The notes below the pieces were generated by a model that saw only the letters and a program-made list of their open reading frames with translations, did no database searches and was not told the origin of the DNA. Below are positions 7,631 to 16,312 of a DNA stretch of 22,705 bases, one piece after another. Every line of letters starts with the position of its first letter. The stretch's first letter is position 1. Location of the stretch: assembly GCA_041739995.1 (NCBI GenBank), contig JBGSMV010000019.1, positions 1 to 22,705 on the forward strand, given 5' to 3'. The stretch comes from Bdellovibrionota bacterium (lineage in GTDB: Bacteria; Bdellovibrionota_C; UBA2361; JBGSMV01). Made by a program: the position numbers and the translations under genes.

Positions 7631-8728
7631 GTGGCAGTTGCTCAAAGAGCGCATCAAAATCACTACGAGACCTTGGGCGTCACTACATTAGCCTCTGTGG
7701 CGGAAATTAGACGCGCCTACCGCATCTTGGCACGTCGCTATCATCCCGACGTAAATCCAGGAAAGAACTCAGAAGAACGCTTCAAAGCAATCGCTGATGC
7801 GTACAAAGTACTCTCTGATCAGGCTCGGCGCAGAGATTTTGACCGACAACTTGAAGAAGAGAGTGGTCAGGCCTTCGACCGCGGGCACGCTGCTTATCAA
7901 CAAGCAATTCGTCGAGCCGCCGCACGTGACCGCGCGCGCCAACGATTCGAAGCCGCTCAGAATCAGTCGCAGACACAAGCCTCGCCTAATGCCCGTACAT
8001 CTGCCCATCCACAGCCTCCCGGAACCAAGAAGCCCTCGCACCAAAGCTCGTCAAACTCAGTCCTGCACTCACTGGGGCGTTTTAGCTCCCTAGGAGCGAA
8101 AACATTACGCAATTTCTTCACCGAGAGCCCGAAATCGGAGACTCTCAACAATGCAACTCACCACGCTGCGCGAAGCCCACATGCGAGTCCCGCCAGTCGA
8201 GTGTCTGTCATTGAAGTTTCAATCCCCATGAGAGACGCGATTCATGGTGGCAGAAAGAGCGTAGAAATCAGAGAGCCCGAAGGCACTCGCAAAGTTTCGA
8301 TTCGATTGCCTCCCGGAGTACGGGACGGCTCGGTGCTACGAACTCGCGCAAAGCGCTCGGACGAAGAGCTAGTCGTCATAGTCCGCGTCGCGCCGCATCC
8401 GTATCTGGACCTTCAGCGCAAAGGCTTAGTGTGTCTTGTCCCGATTACCGTACAAGAGGCCGTTTCAGGCGCCCAAATAATGGTACCCACCTTAGAAGAC
8501 CAAGTTGTGCTGAAAATCCCTCAAGGATCTCAAAGCGGCGCAGAGCTGCGCCTCAAGGGTCGCGGGGTGACCCATCCAGACGGCACACGCGGAGACCTTA
8601 TTTACCGGCTGATGATTCAGGTACCTTCAAGTTCGGATGCCGTGGGTCTTCAAGAGTGCGTCGGCACGCTTGAAAGGTACTACGGAAACGCGGTGCGCAC
8701 TGAGTTGCCCAAGCAGTTGCTGGAATAG
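7631..8728 (+). CDS. DnaJ-class (CbpA-like) J-domain chaperone
   Basis: J domain NHYETLGV...RRYHPDVN...AYKVLSD and a C-terminal DnaJ_C region (IPQGSQSGAELRLKGRGV...RGDL); no CxxCxGxG zinc fingers. The GTG at 7631 follows GGAG (the ORF track starts at 7610). Confidence 0.9.
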   Translation: MAVAQRAHQNHYETLGVTTLASVAEIRRAYRILARRYHPDVNPGKNSEERFKAIADAYKVLSDQARRRDFDRQLEEESGQAFDRGHAAYQQAIRRAAARDRARQRFEAAQNQSQTQASPNARTSAHPQPPGTKKPSHQSSSNSVLHSLGRFSSLGAKTLRNFFTESPKSETLNNATHHAARSPHASPASRVSVIEVSIPMRDAIHGGRKSVEIREPEGTRKVSIRLPPGVRDGSVLRTRAKRSDEELVVIVRVAPHPYLDLQRKGLVCLVPITVQEAVSGAQIMVPTLEDQVVLKIPQGSQSGAELRLKGRGVTHPDGTRGDLIYRLMIQVPSSSDAVGLQECVGTLERYYGNAVRTELPKQLLE

Positions 8729-8778
8729 GCTTCAATACTTTGGGGAACGTTTTGGGGACTGATTCAGAACGGGGACAC

Positions 8779-9588
8779 TCAAAATTGCGCGACCGCGAAG
8801 AGCATCCTTGCGCTTAACACCAGCGAAATCAGGGCGAATATCTTTTTCAACCGCGCATCGGGCAAACTACACGAAAAACGAGCGCCATAGGGGACCGTGA
8901 TAACGCTCAACGTTGATATTACCAAAAATGCCGGGACATGAACAAATCCCAGCGTATGCAACTCGCTCGATGTCTTTGCCCAGCCGCAAATCATGTATCC
9001 AACAGAGCTCGCTAAAGCAATCGGAAGTCCGATAGCAGCGGAAGTACCGACTGCCTGCCTCATCTCAATTCTTTTGTACCCTAAGTACGTAACGGCGAGG
9101 AATCCGCCGCCCACTGCCGCGAGTGATGACACTGACCCGATTACAATTCCCATAAAAAATAGGCCGCCGAAACTGAGCGGCCTTTGGCTGACTTTCGGTT
9201 GCCAATTCAAAAGCATCTGGCAAGCGACAAGCGCCATAAAGAGCGCAAAGAATACTGCGATGTAAGTTGAGTTCACATTGACGGATATGCGAGTAGTAGC
9301 GAAAGCGCCGACAATGACGCCGGGTGACATGCCGTGCACTACCTTCCATATGACAACACCTCTCGAAGCATGCGCGCGGAGACTTGCTGCTGAAGAAATG
9401 ATAATACAAGCCAGCGACGTTCCGAGAGCCAGATGCACGACATTATCCAACGCTATGCCCTGGTAGATAAAAATTGACGTTAGCAAGGGTACCAGTATTC
9501 CTCCGCCACCAACCCCCAACAATCCCGCCATAAACCCGATGAAAGCCCCCAATAGCGCGTAAACCAACATCCATTCGATACTCAGCAT
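8779..9588 (-). CDS. Sulfite exporter TauE/SafE family membrane protein
   Basis: 269 aa, about 8 TM segments. AGLLGVGGGGILVP, ALGTSLA, SSLAAVGGG, AVGTSAAIGLP. Confidence 0.92.
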   Translation of the reverse strand: MLSIEWMLVYALLGAFIGFMAGLLGVGGGGILVPLLTSIFIYQGIALDNVVHLALGTSLACIIISSAASLRAHASRGVVIWKVVHGMSPGVIVGAFATTRISVNVNSTYIAVFFALFMALVACQMLLNWQPKVSQRPLSFGGLFFMGIVIGSVSSLAAVGGGFLAVTYLGYKRIEMRQAVGTSAAIGLPIALASSVGYMICGWAKTSSELHTLGFVHVPAFLVISTLSVITVPYGARFSCSLPDARLKKIFALISLVLSARMLFAVAQF

Positions 9589-9646
9589 ATAGTTTCAACC
9601 TCTCCGAACCATTCCGCAGGACTTTTGTAAACTTGGCTCTTCAGCT

Positions 9647-9677
9647 AAGGTACAACTTCAAGTTCACTTGAGGTCAA
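9647..9677 (-). promoter_or_regulatory. MerR-type promoter (19-bp spacer) with SoxR-box-like dyad, driving the TauE gene
   Basis: Minus strand TTGACC (9677-9672), 19 bp, TACCTT (9652-9647). Dyad CCTCAAGTGAACTTGAAG spans 9673-9656. Confidence 0.85.
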
Positions 9678-9700
9678 GCGAAAGATCGTTAGGAGCAACA

Positions 9701-10108
9701 ATGGATATCTCTGAGGCTTCAAGGGCTTCTGGTTTGCCACCTTCGACGCTAAGGTTCTATGAGGAAAAAGGTCTCATTCGTTCGAGCGGCAGAAAGGGGT
9801 TGCGCAGGCTCTATCATGCCAATGTGATTGAGCGCCTCGCCTTGATCTCATTAGGGCGCCGTGCGGGATTCTCGCTTGATGAGATTGGCGAGACGTTCTC
9901 TTCAAGTGGCTCCAAGATAAATCGAGCGCTGCTTACAGCCAAAGCAGATGAGTTGGACAAGAAAATTAGTGAACTGAGTGCAATGTCTAAAGGTCTGCGT
10001 CATGCGGCTGTTTGCACTGCATCAAGCCATTTCGAATGCCCAAAATTTCTACGGCTGCTTCACATTGCTGGTAAAAATCGCTCTAGACAGCTGCGGAAAT
10101 TAGGTTGA
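9701..10108 (+). CDS. MerR family transcriptional regulator
   Basis: MDISEASRASGLPPSTLRFYEEKGLI...RRLY...GFSLDEI; C-terminal CTASSHFECPKF. The ATG at 9701 follows AGGAG. Confidence 0.93.
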   Translation: MDISEASRASGLPPSTLRFYEEKGLIRSSGRKGLRRLYHANVIERLALISLGRRAGFSLDEIGETFSSSGSKINRALLTAKADELDKKISELSAMSKGLRHAAVCTASSHFECPKFLRLLHIAGKNRSRQLRKLG

Positions 10109-10178
10109 TGGCCTAACAGTGATACTATCGCAAATCTCAGCAGTGCAGCGTAAATGGGTACTTTCTTATACCTAGTCC

Positions 10179-10664
10179 TCAAATCCCGGTAGAATTTCGG
10201 GTGTCGGAAATCAACCCGAAGCGCTCACCAAGTACTTTGTTGCGGAAGTCAAAAATGGCGTTGATCTGTTTGAAAACAAACAGCCGGTGCAGCAGTGCCC
10301 CCAGAGGGCCAGCGGGCATAATGTAATCTACAATATCCTCAGCAACTACTCCGCCTTCAACTTCACGCAACATATGCTGATGATGCCACATGCGATATGG
10401 GCCGTAGCGTTGCTCATCAACAAAATAGTGTGGTGCTGAAACGTGCGTAATCTCGCTAACCCAGGTCATCGGCAACATTGGAATCGGATGCATTCGATAA
10501 GCGATGATTTGCCCCGGGTAGGTTGTGTGTTGAACAGGCGAAATGATCTTCATTCCTAACGACGGCGGGGTAATGACCTTTAGGTTCTGTGGATCTGAAA
10601 AGAATGCCCAAGCTTCAGAAAGTGTCGTGGCTAGAGAAATTGAACGGTGTAGTTGGTACAGCAT
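10179..10664 (-). CDS. SRPBCC family protein
   Basis: AWAFFSDPQNLKVITPP, WVSEIT, YFVDEQRYGPYRMWHHQH, DIVDYIMPAGPLG, IFDFR. Likely start is the ATG at 10664 (ORF open to 10745). Confidence 0.88.
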   Translation of the reverse strand: MLYQLHRSISLATTLSEAWAFFSDPQNLKVITPPSLGMKIISPVQHTTYPGQIIAYRMHPIPMLPMTWVSEITHVSAPHYFVDEQRYGPYRMWHHQHMLREVEGGVVAEDIVDYIMPAGPLGALLHRLFVFKQINAIFDFRNKVLGERFGLISDTRNSTGI

Positions 10665-10844
10665 ACAAATATGTCCGCTCTGGGATCCCAAGTTGTTTAC
10701 TAGATAAGCATCTTCCAGATAGTTACCCCGAACCGCAAGAGTCACCGCGTTTGCCCACTGCGCTCCTCGGTCGTGGTTCGCATGCCCCGCTGGCGTTGCC
10801 GGGTGATGTCTGAGAAATGCACAGTCGAAGTACGCGCAAATCCT

Positions 10845-11528
10845 TTAGGGCAACAAAGCGACTGCTTCGACCTTCTGGTAGAACTCTTTTCCAAGCGCGT
10901 CAGCAAAGCCTTTAAGTTGCTCCTCCGTTCCATTCTTGGAATTGATCACAACTCCGCCTTCTTTCACACATACGATCAGCGTGTTCCCTCCCTTATCACG
11001 ATCTTTAAAACTTGCTTCGTACCCAGCAACTGACATCTGTTTCGCCTTGATGCGGAACGCGGAGCCACAGAAAAAATTCGCCATCATCTGAGTCGCCCCA
11101 CCCTCGAGCGTCAAGTGAACCTCGGCCAGCCCCGGCTTCGTATAGCTACGGTGGCCAAGCGTGAATCCCGACAAAGCTCTGTCCTCCTTCGAGAGCAACA
11201 CTTTTGTAGAGGGTCGCTCCTCGACTCGATAACCGTCAACCTCAGCCGGAAACAGCACGCTGAACTTTTCCTTGTAGCGTGCCTGAACCTCTTGCTCGCA
11301 TTCCTTAATATTCAGAAGCGCGCGATTTAGCGCTCCCGTTGATACAGACGACTCAATCGCACTGCAGCTAGTCGGCACATCGGCCCAGCTTGGTGAGAAC
11401 ATCCCACCAAGAAAAATCGTAGAAACTACTCCGGTGAGAACAAGAAATACTCGCTGCTTACAGTCCATATCGCACCCTTGAATGATAACGCCGCTTTGGT
11501 TCCGACTAGTAATAGCACCTCGCCCCAT
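10845..11528 (-). CDS. Hypothetical exported protein
   Basis: 227-aa ORF with a hydrophobic signal-like segment ending SPSWA-D. Family not recognised; start uncertain. Confidence 0.6.
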   Translation of the reverse strand: MGRGAITSRNQSGVIIQGCDMDCKQRVFLVLTGVVSTIFLGGMFSPSWADVPTSCSAIESSVSTGALNRALLNIKECEQEVQARYKEKFSVLFPAEVDGYRVEERPSTKVLLSKEDRALSGFTLGHRSYTKPGLAEVHLTLEGGATQMMANFFCGSAFRIKAKQMSVAGYEASFKDRDKGGNTLIVCVKEGGVVINSKNGTEEQLKGFADALGKEFYQKVEAVALLP

Positions 11529-11809
11529 AGCGGAAGAATATGAAATTTCAGGCGCTTGATTTCTTTAGGGTTGGAGACGCTCCTCGAAACCCGACAGGGG
11601 GCCAGAGGTGTTCTACAGGTCGCAAAGGCACTTTAAACCCGTCGTATTGCCCCACATCAATTTCTTCTGTCGCGCGCCCACTCGGTTTTCTACTAGTATA
11701 TCCAAGGGGAAGAGAGTCGGGGCGTATCTGACTTTTATCTACCAAGACATTTCCCTGACATCGCTACTAACCGTCGGAAGAAGTGCCATGAACCGGAGAA
11801 GCAAGTCCC

Positions 11810-12625
11810 ATGTCCAACCCACACACAAAAGCATCTGCCCAAAAACCCGCCACGTCCCATGCACCGTGGTACGCAAGCCACCGCGCTCCGCTGTACTTTC
11901 TGGTACTCAGCATACTCTGTCAGATAATCGGCATAGGAATTCTTTCGCTTGTGCGAGACGCGCTTGTGCACCCCCTGCTGCTACTCGCCATGCAAGCACT
12001 GGTCGCCTTTTTCGTTGCGCGCTGGCTATCGCTCTCGCTTCCTTGGCAACTTTTTAATCTACTGCTTGCCCCCGGGGTAATTCTATACACTTTCCTCGAA
12101 CTCCCCTCAGGCCTAGCCTTCGCCGCTTTAGTAGTCGCCATGTTGCTGTACGCGCCAACGTTTTGGACAAGGGTGCCCTACTTCCCTACCCACCTAAAAA
12201 TGTATGAGAGAATACTGGCGCTCATTCCAGCAGATAAGGAACTCAAGTTCATAGACCTTGGATGCGGCAACGCCAGACTGCTGGTGTTTCTCGCGAAGAG
12301 CCGTCCACAGGCTAGCTTTGTTGGGGTGGAGATTAGCCCTCTGGCCTACGCCGCTGCACGGCTATGGGTTTGGGGCTCTGGAGCCTCGAACGTAACAATC
12401 CAGTGGCGGAACTTTTGGAACTTGTCTCTTGAACCATTCGACGTGGTTTATGCCTTCCTCGCCCCTGGGCCTATGCCGGGCCTTTGGGAAAAGGCCCAGG
12501 CAGAAATGCAGCCTGGTTCAGTATTCATTACCAATACATTTACAGTCGATAGCTCTGAGTCCGAGACTGAGCGAATTGACGTGGACGAGTCTCACCAGCA
12601 CGCTTTGTTCGTGCATCGGCGCTAG
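11810..12625 (+). CDS. Membrane-anchored class I SAM-dependent methyltransferase
   Basis: N-terminal TM helices, then RVPYFPT, FIDLGCGNARLL, GVEISP, FDVVYAFLAP, EMQPGSVFITNTF. Confidence 0.88.
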   Translation: MSNPHTKASAQKPATSHAPWYASHRAPLYFLVLSILCQIIGIGILSLVRDALVHPLLLLAMQALVAFFVARWLSLSLPWQLFNLLLAPGVILYTFLELPSGLAFAALVVAMLLYAPTFWTRVPYFPTHLKMYERILALIPADKELKFIDLGCGNARLLVFLAKSRPQASFVGVEISPLAYAAARLWVWGSGASNVTIQWRNFWNLSLEPFDVVYAFLAPGPMPGLWEKAQAEMQPGSVFITNTFTVDSSESETERIDVDESHQHALFVHRR

Positions 12626-12804
12626 GAGTCTGTGCCACAGGCACAGACGACGACGTCCCACCGACTTGTCCTCCGAAGCTTTCCTATCCTCCGTAGCCTT
12701 CGCGAACGAGGAAGCGAAGGGGGAAGCCCGCTCGAATTAAATGGTAGCGCACGCACATGCGAGCGAAGGCGGACCCTCATAAACACGCCTGTGTCACAGA
12801 CGCC
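12625..12804 (+). mobile_element. MITE-like element, copy A (180 bp, terminal inverted repeats, TA duplication)
   Basis: TA|GGAGTCTGTGCCACAGGC ... GCCTGTGTCACAGACGCC|TA. Hand alignment gives 160/180 ungapped identity to the reverse complement of 17424-17603. Confidence 0.88.
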
Positions 12805-13760
12805 TAGGCCGCAGAAGAAGCCGTGGCAGCTCGAGCCCCGGCCAGCAGCTTGCCTGGGCGAATCTTGTTCCACCACAAGACAACAGGAGAAGCGATGTAA
12901 ATGGTCGAGTACACACCCGCACCCATGCCTACGAAGAGAAACAGCGCCAAGTCCTGAATTGACCCGCCACCGAGCACCAGCAATGAGAGCACCAAGGACA
13001 TTGTAGTAGCGGTGGTAACGATGGTGCGGGACAGGCAGATATTAACGCTCTCATTCAAAAGTTGCTCAAGGTCAAAAGATTTTCGCTTTCGGATCTCTTC
13101 GCGCGCTCTATCGAACACCACAATCGTATCGTTAACTGAGTAACCAACGATCGTGAGCGCCCCTGCGAGCGCGGCTGAATTCAAATCATGACCAACCCAA
13201 AGGTAAACACCAAGCGCGAGGGTCACGTCGTGAAAAAGAGAAACGAGCGCACCAAGGGCAAACGCAAACTCGAAACGAAAGGTCACATAGATAGTGATAA
13301 GACATAGTCCAATGATGATAGCGATCAGCGCTTTCTCCCGCACTTCCTCACTGATGGTGGCACCTACCGAGTCCACTTGGAGCACCTCAAAAGCACCAGG
13401 GTGTAACTCGGTCAAAGCCGCCTCGACCTTTTCACGCACTTGCTTGGCATCAATACCCTGAACTAGCCCCGCCCGAATGGAGTAGTCTTGACTCTGCACT
13501 TCAAACGACTGAACGGTCACACCAGAAAGTCCCTGAGCCTCCAGTACCTTGGACATTTTCTCCAAGTCTGCGTTACCGGTTACTTTCACCAACACGTTGG
13601 TACCACCAACGAAATCGATGCCGTACTTTGCAGGTCCACGCGCAATCCAGATGTAGATCGTGGCTATCGTGAGGAGGATAGAGAGCGGGATGAAAATCAC
13701 ACGCTTCCCCATGAAGTCGTACATTTTTTTCTCAGAACCTGATGTCTGCGATCGTGACAT
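12804..13760 (-). CDS. secF: Protein translocase subunit SecF
   Basis: YGIDFVGG, VGATISEEV, YVTFRFE, SLFHDV, LTIVGYSVNDTIVVFDRARE, LSRTIVT, GVYSTIYIASP. Confidence 0.97.
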   Translation of the reverse strand: MSRSQTSGSEKKMYDFMGKRVIFIPLSILLTIATIYIWIARGPAKYGIDFVGGTNVLVKVTGNADLEKMSKVLEAQGLSGVTVQSFEVQSQDYSIRAGLVQGIDAKQVREKVEAALTELHPGAFEVLQVDSVGATISEEVREKALIAIIIGLCLITIYVTFRFEFAFALGALVSLFHDVTLALGVYLWVGHDLNSAALAGALTIVGYSVNDTIVVFDRAREEIRKRKSFDLEQLLNESVNICLSRTIVTTATTMSLVLSLLVLGGGSIQDLALFLFVGMGAGVYSTIYIASPVVLWWNKIRPGKLLAGARAATASSAA

Positions 13761-13862
13761 AATACCTTCCTCTTCTCTGTCCTTCTGTCCCCTGGGCCAA
13801 AAAGCCCCTGTCTGATTGGTGCACCGGAAACTTTGTGACCAACTGTTTAAATTTGCTAGCTG

Positions 13863-15422
13863 CTAGATCGAGAGCCCATATTTTCCGCCGGCCAGCGGGA
13901 AAATATCGAACAGTAACTTACAGACGAACACCGCACAGAACACTGTAGTCACCACACCGATCGAAAGCGTCAACGCAAACCCAAGCACCGGCCCCGATCC
14001 CAACGCGTAGAGCGTGAGTCCCGCTAAGATAGTGGTGAGGTTCGCGTCCATAATGGCACTATAGGCCTTATCAAACCCCGCGGAGACGGAAGCCGCGCGA
14101 CTCGCTCCGAGCCGGAGTTCATCTCGAATACGCTCAAAGATAATGATATTGGCGTCAACTGCCATACCCGCGGTGAGCGACAATCCAGCAAGTCCGGGGA
14201 GGGTCAAGGTCACGCCAAAGAGCGAGAGGATTGCCATCAACATACCGACGTTAAGCACGATGGTGGCCATCGCCGCAGCACCTGATTTTCCGTAATACAC
14301 AATCATGAAAACGGTGATGACGAGTATGCCGACCACGCTTGCCGCTATTCCGGACTGAATCGACTGTTGACCAAGAGTTGGTCCGACAGTGCGCTCCTCG
14401 AGAACCTTAAGGGAAGCCGGAAGAGCACCGGCTCTGAGGATCATCGCAAGCTCTGAAGCTTCTTGCGGCGTAAAACTTCCGGAGATCTCGGCCTGACCAC
14501 CTGGAATAGGCTCATTGATGCGAGGACTTGAATACACTTCACCATCGAGGATGATCGCTAAGTTACGTCCAACATTATCTGCAGTGATACGTCTAAAGGT
14601 GCGTGTACCTTCTGTGGTCATGGTTAGATGCACTTGCACCTGATTTGTCTGGCCGCGCTGCCAACGCGCACTCTGCACTGAGTCACCGGTCATCTGCACC
14701 GTGTCTTCAACAGAAACACTACCGCCTTCTCGATCTTTGAGCTTAACCGTAGTTCCTGCTTCAGCACCGGAATTTGGCAGGAATCGAAATTCCAACTGAG
14801 CTAGCTTGCCCACGACGCGCTTGACTGATTCAATATCCTGCACACCAGGCATTTGCAGCATTATACGGCGCTCACCCACGCGCTGAACCAAAGGCTCAGC
14901 AACGCCGAACTGATTTACTCTACGACTAAGCGTCTCGACGGCCTGAGCCACCGATTCGCGTTGAATCAAGGCAGCCTCAGTGGCGGGTACCTCGAAGGCG
15001 AGCACTACTCGGTCACCTTCGCCTGGCAACTGTTCTTTGAAATTTAATTGGCCACGGTAGCGCTCGGCAATTACCTGCTTTGCTTTTTCAACATTGCGAG
15101 ACGTCAGTAGAGTGATTTCCACCGCCCCGCTGGCGTCCACAGTGGCTCGCGTAACCGCAATCTTTTCATTACGTAACTCGCCGCGAATGCCTTGCAGCAC
15201 CGTGGCCATCCTGCTCTTGACCGCTTCTTCGGTCTGCACCTCGTACATAAGATGCACTCCGCCCTTAAGGTCTAGTCCCAACTTAATGGGGCGAGAAAGC
15301 CAAAAACTCTCGCCATTCTCGCGCTGAAACGAGCTCGGTGAGACGTTTGGAAGCAGACAAATAATTGCGAAAACTATCGCCCCCGCAACCACGATTAATC
15401 GGTTTCTTACGCTTTCACTCAT
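13863..15422 (-). CDS. secD: Protein translocase subunit SecD
   Basis: LGLDLKGG, RVNQFGVAEP, LRAGALPA, VGPTLG, TLTLPGLAG, GMAVDANIIIFERIRDE, IMDANLTT. Confidence 0.97.
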   Translation of the reverse strand: MSESVRNRLIVVAGAIVFAIICLLPNVSPSSFQRENGESFWLSRPIKLGLDLKGGVHLMYEVQTEEAVKSRMATVLQGIRGELRNEKIAVTRATVDASGAVEITLLTSRNVEKAKQVIAERYRGQLNFKEQLPGEGDRVVLAFEVPATEAALIQRESVAQAVETLSRRVNQFGVAEPLVQRVGERRIMLQMPGVQDIESVKRVVGKLAQLEFRFLPNSGAEAGTTVKLKDREGGSVSVEDTVQMTGDSVQSARWQRGQTNQVQVHLTMTTEGTRTFRRITADNVGRNLAIILDGEVYSSPRINEPIPGGQAEISGSFTPQEASELAMILRAGALPASLKVLEERTVGPTLGQQSIQSGIAASVVGILVITVFMIVYYGKSGAAAMATIVLNVGMLMAILSLFGVTLTLPGLAGLSLTAGMAVDANIIIFERIRDELRLGASRAASVSAGFDKAYSAIMDANLTTILAGLTLYALGSGPVLGFALTLSIGVVTTVFCAVFVCKLLFDIFPLAGGKYGLSI

Positions 15423-15525
15423 ACACTGCTACATGTCGCAAATAGCCAACCCGGAACACCTCCGGTGGTAATAATTCAAAAACTCAACTGAAGGACAACG
15501 TTGTTTGCACCAAAAGTGCCGATCC

Positions 15526-16158
15526 TCAAGCCGCAGGCTTACGCTTATCGCTCTTTTCCCCGTCCTTGGTTGCTGGGCTCGCATCTGCGACCCCAGGTTT
15601 CTTTGGATCATACAGCCTAGAAACGTGCGAGAGCTCAAAGCGCGCTTTCACATTTGGGGAAAGCTCAAGCACCGCAATATCGCCTTCAATGCCTGAAAAC
15701 CTAGCAACGATGCCTCCAGTCGTCACCACCGTATCGCCCTTCTTGAGCGACTTAAGCAGCCCCTGCTGGTCTTTGAGCTTCTGCTGCTGGGGCTTAATCA
15801 CCATAAAGTAGAAGATCAAAAACACCATGGCGAACATGGGCATCATCTTAAACAGCACCTCGCTGAAGCCGCCCCTCTGCTCGGGCACTCCCCCTAACTG
15901 TCCTGAATCAAACCCGCCCTGACCCGCCTGACCGAGCTGCCCTGGGGGCATATTCTCTCCAAACTGGGCAGGATTAAGCGAAATGCCAGCGCTAGGAGCC
16001 TCTGCCGCCTGTTGAGCCTGTGCGCCCGTAACTCCAAAAAACAGCGCAAACGTCAGAAATAAAGGCAGGACGACCGACATGAAGGTGTTCACTGCTGAGG
16101 TTTGGACCTCACCGCGACACCCTGGCTGAATATGCGAATTTTTAATGTAATTACCCAC
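15526..16158 (-). CDS. yajC: Preprotein translocase subunit YajC with long N-terminal extension
   Basis: FLIFYFMVIKPQQQK...LKKGDTVVTTGGIV. Upstream of secD; the GTG at 16158 follows AGGAG. Confidence 0.92.
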   Translation of the reverse strand: MGNYIKNSHIQPGCRGEVQTSAVNTFMSVVLPLFLTFALFFGVTGAQAQQAAEAPSAGISLNPAQFGENMPPGQLGQAGQGGFDSGQLGGVPEQRGGFSEVLFKMMPMFAMVFLIFYFMVIKPQQQKLKDQQGLLKSLKKGDTVVTTGGIVARFSGIEGDIAVLELSPNVKARFELSHVSRLYDPKKPGVADASPATKDGEKSDKRKPAA

Positions 16159-16312
16159 GATTGCTCCTGAATTTAGTGCGCTGTGATTTACACCTAAGCA
16201 GCGATTTAGATCAAATAAAGCTTGAAATTAAGGCCAAACGCGGGGCCTAAAGGCCTCCTGGCGACTCGGCCCACCCAAGGGGGCTAGGCGATTTTTCTCT
16301 CGCTTGGCCGAG

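Noticed and set aside
12625..12804. CRISPR array or integron attC site
   Set aside because: No regularly spaced repeat-spacer units and no RYYYAAC/GTTRRRY core ends.
12632..13006. Near-identical small ORFs at 12632-13006 and 17405-17596 as a peptide gene family
   Set aside because: They are translations of the MITE. About 10 of 58 residues differ from about 18 substitutions, which shows no clear protein-level constraint, and the first ORF runs antisense into secF.
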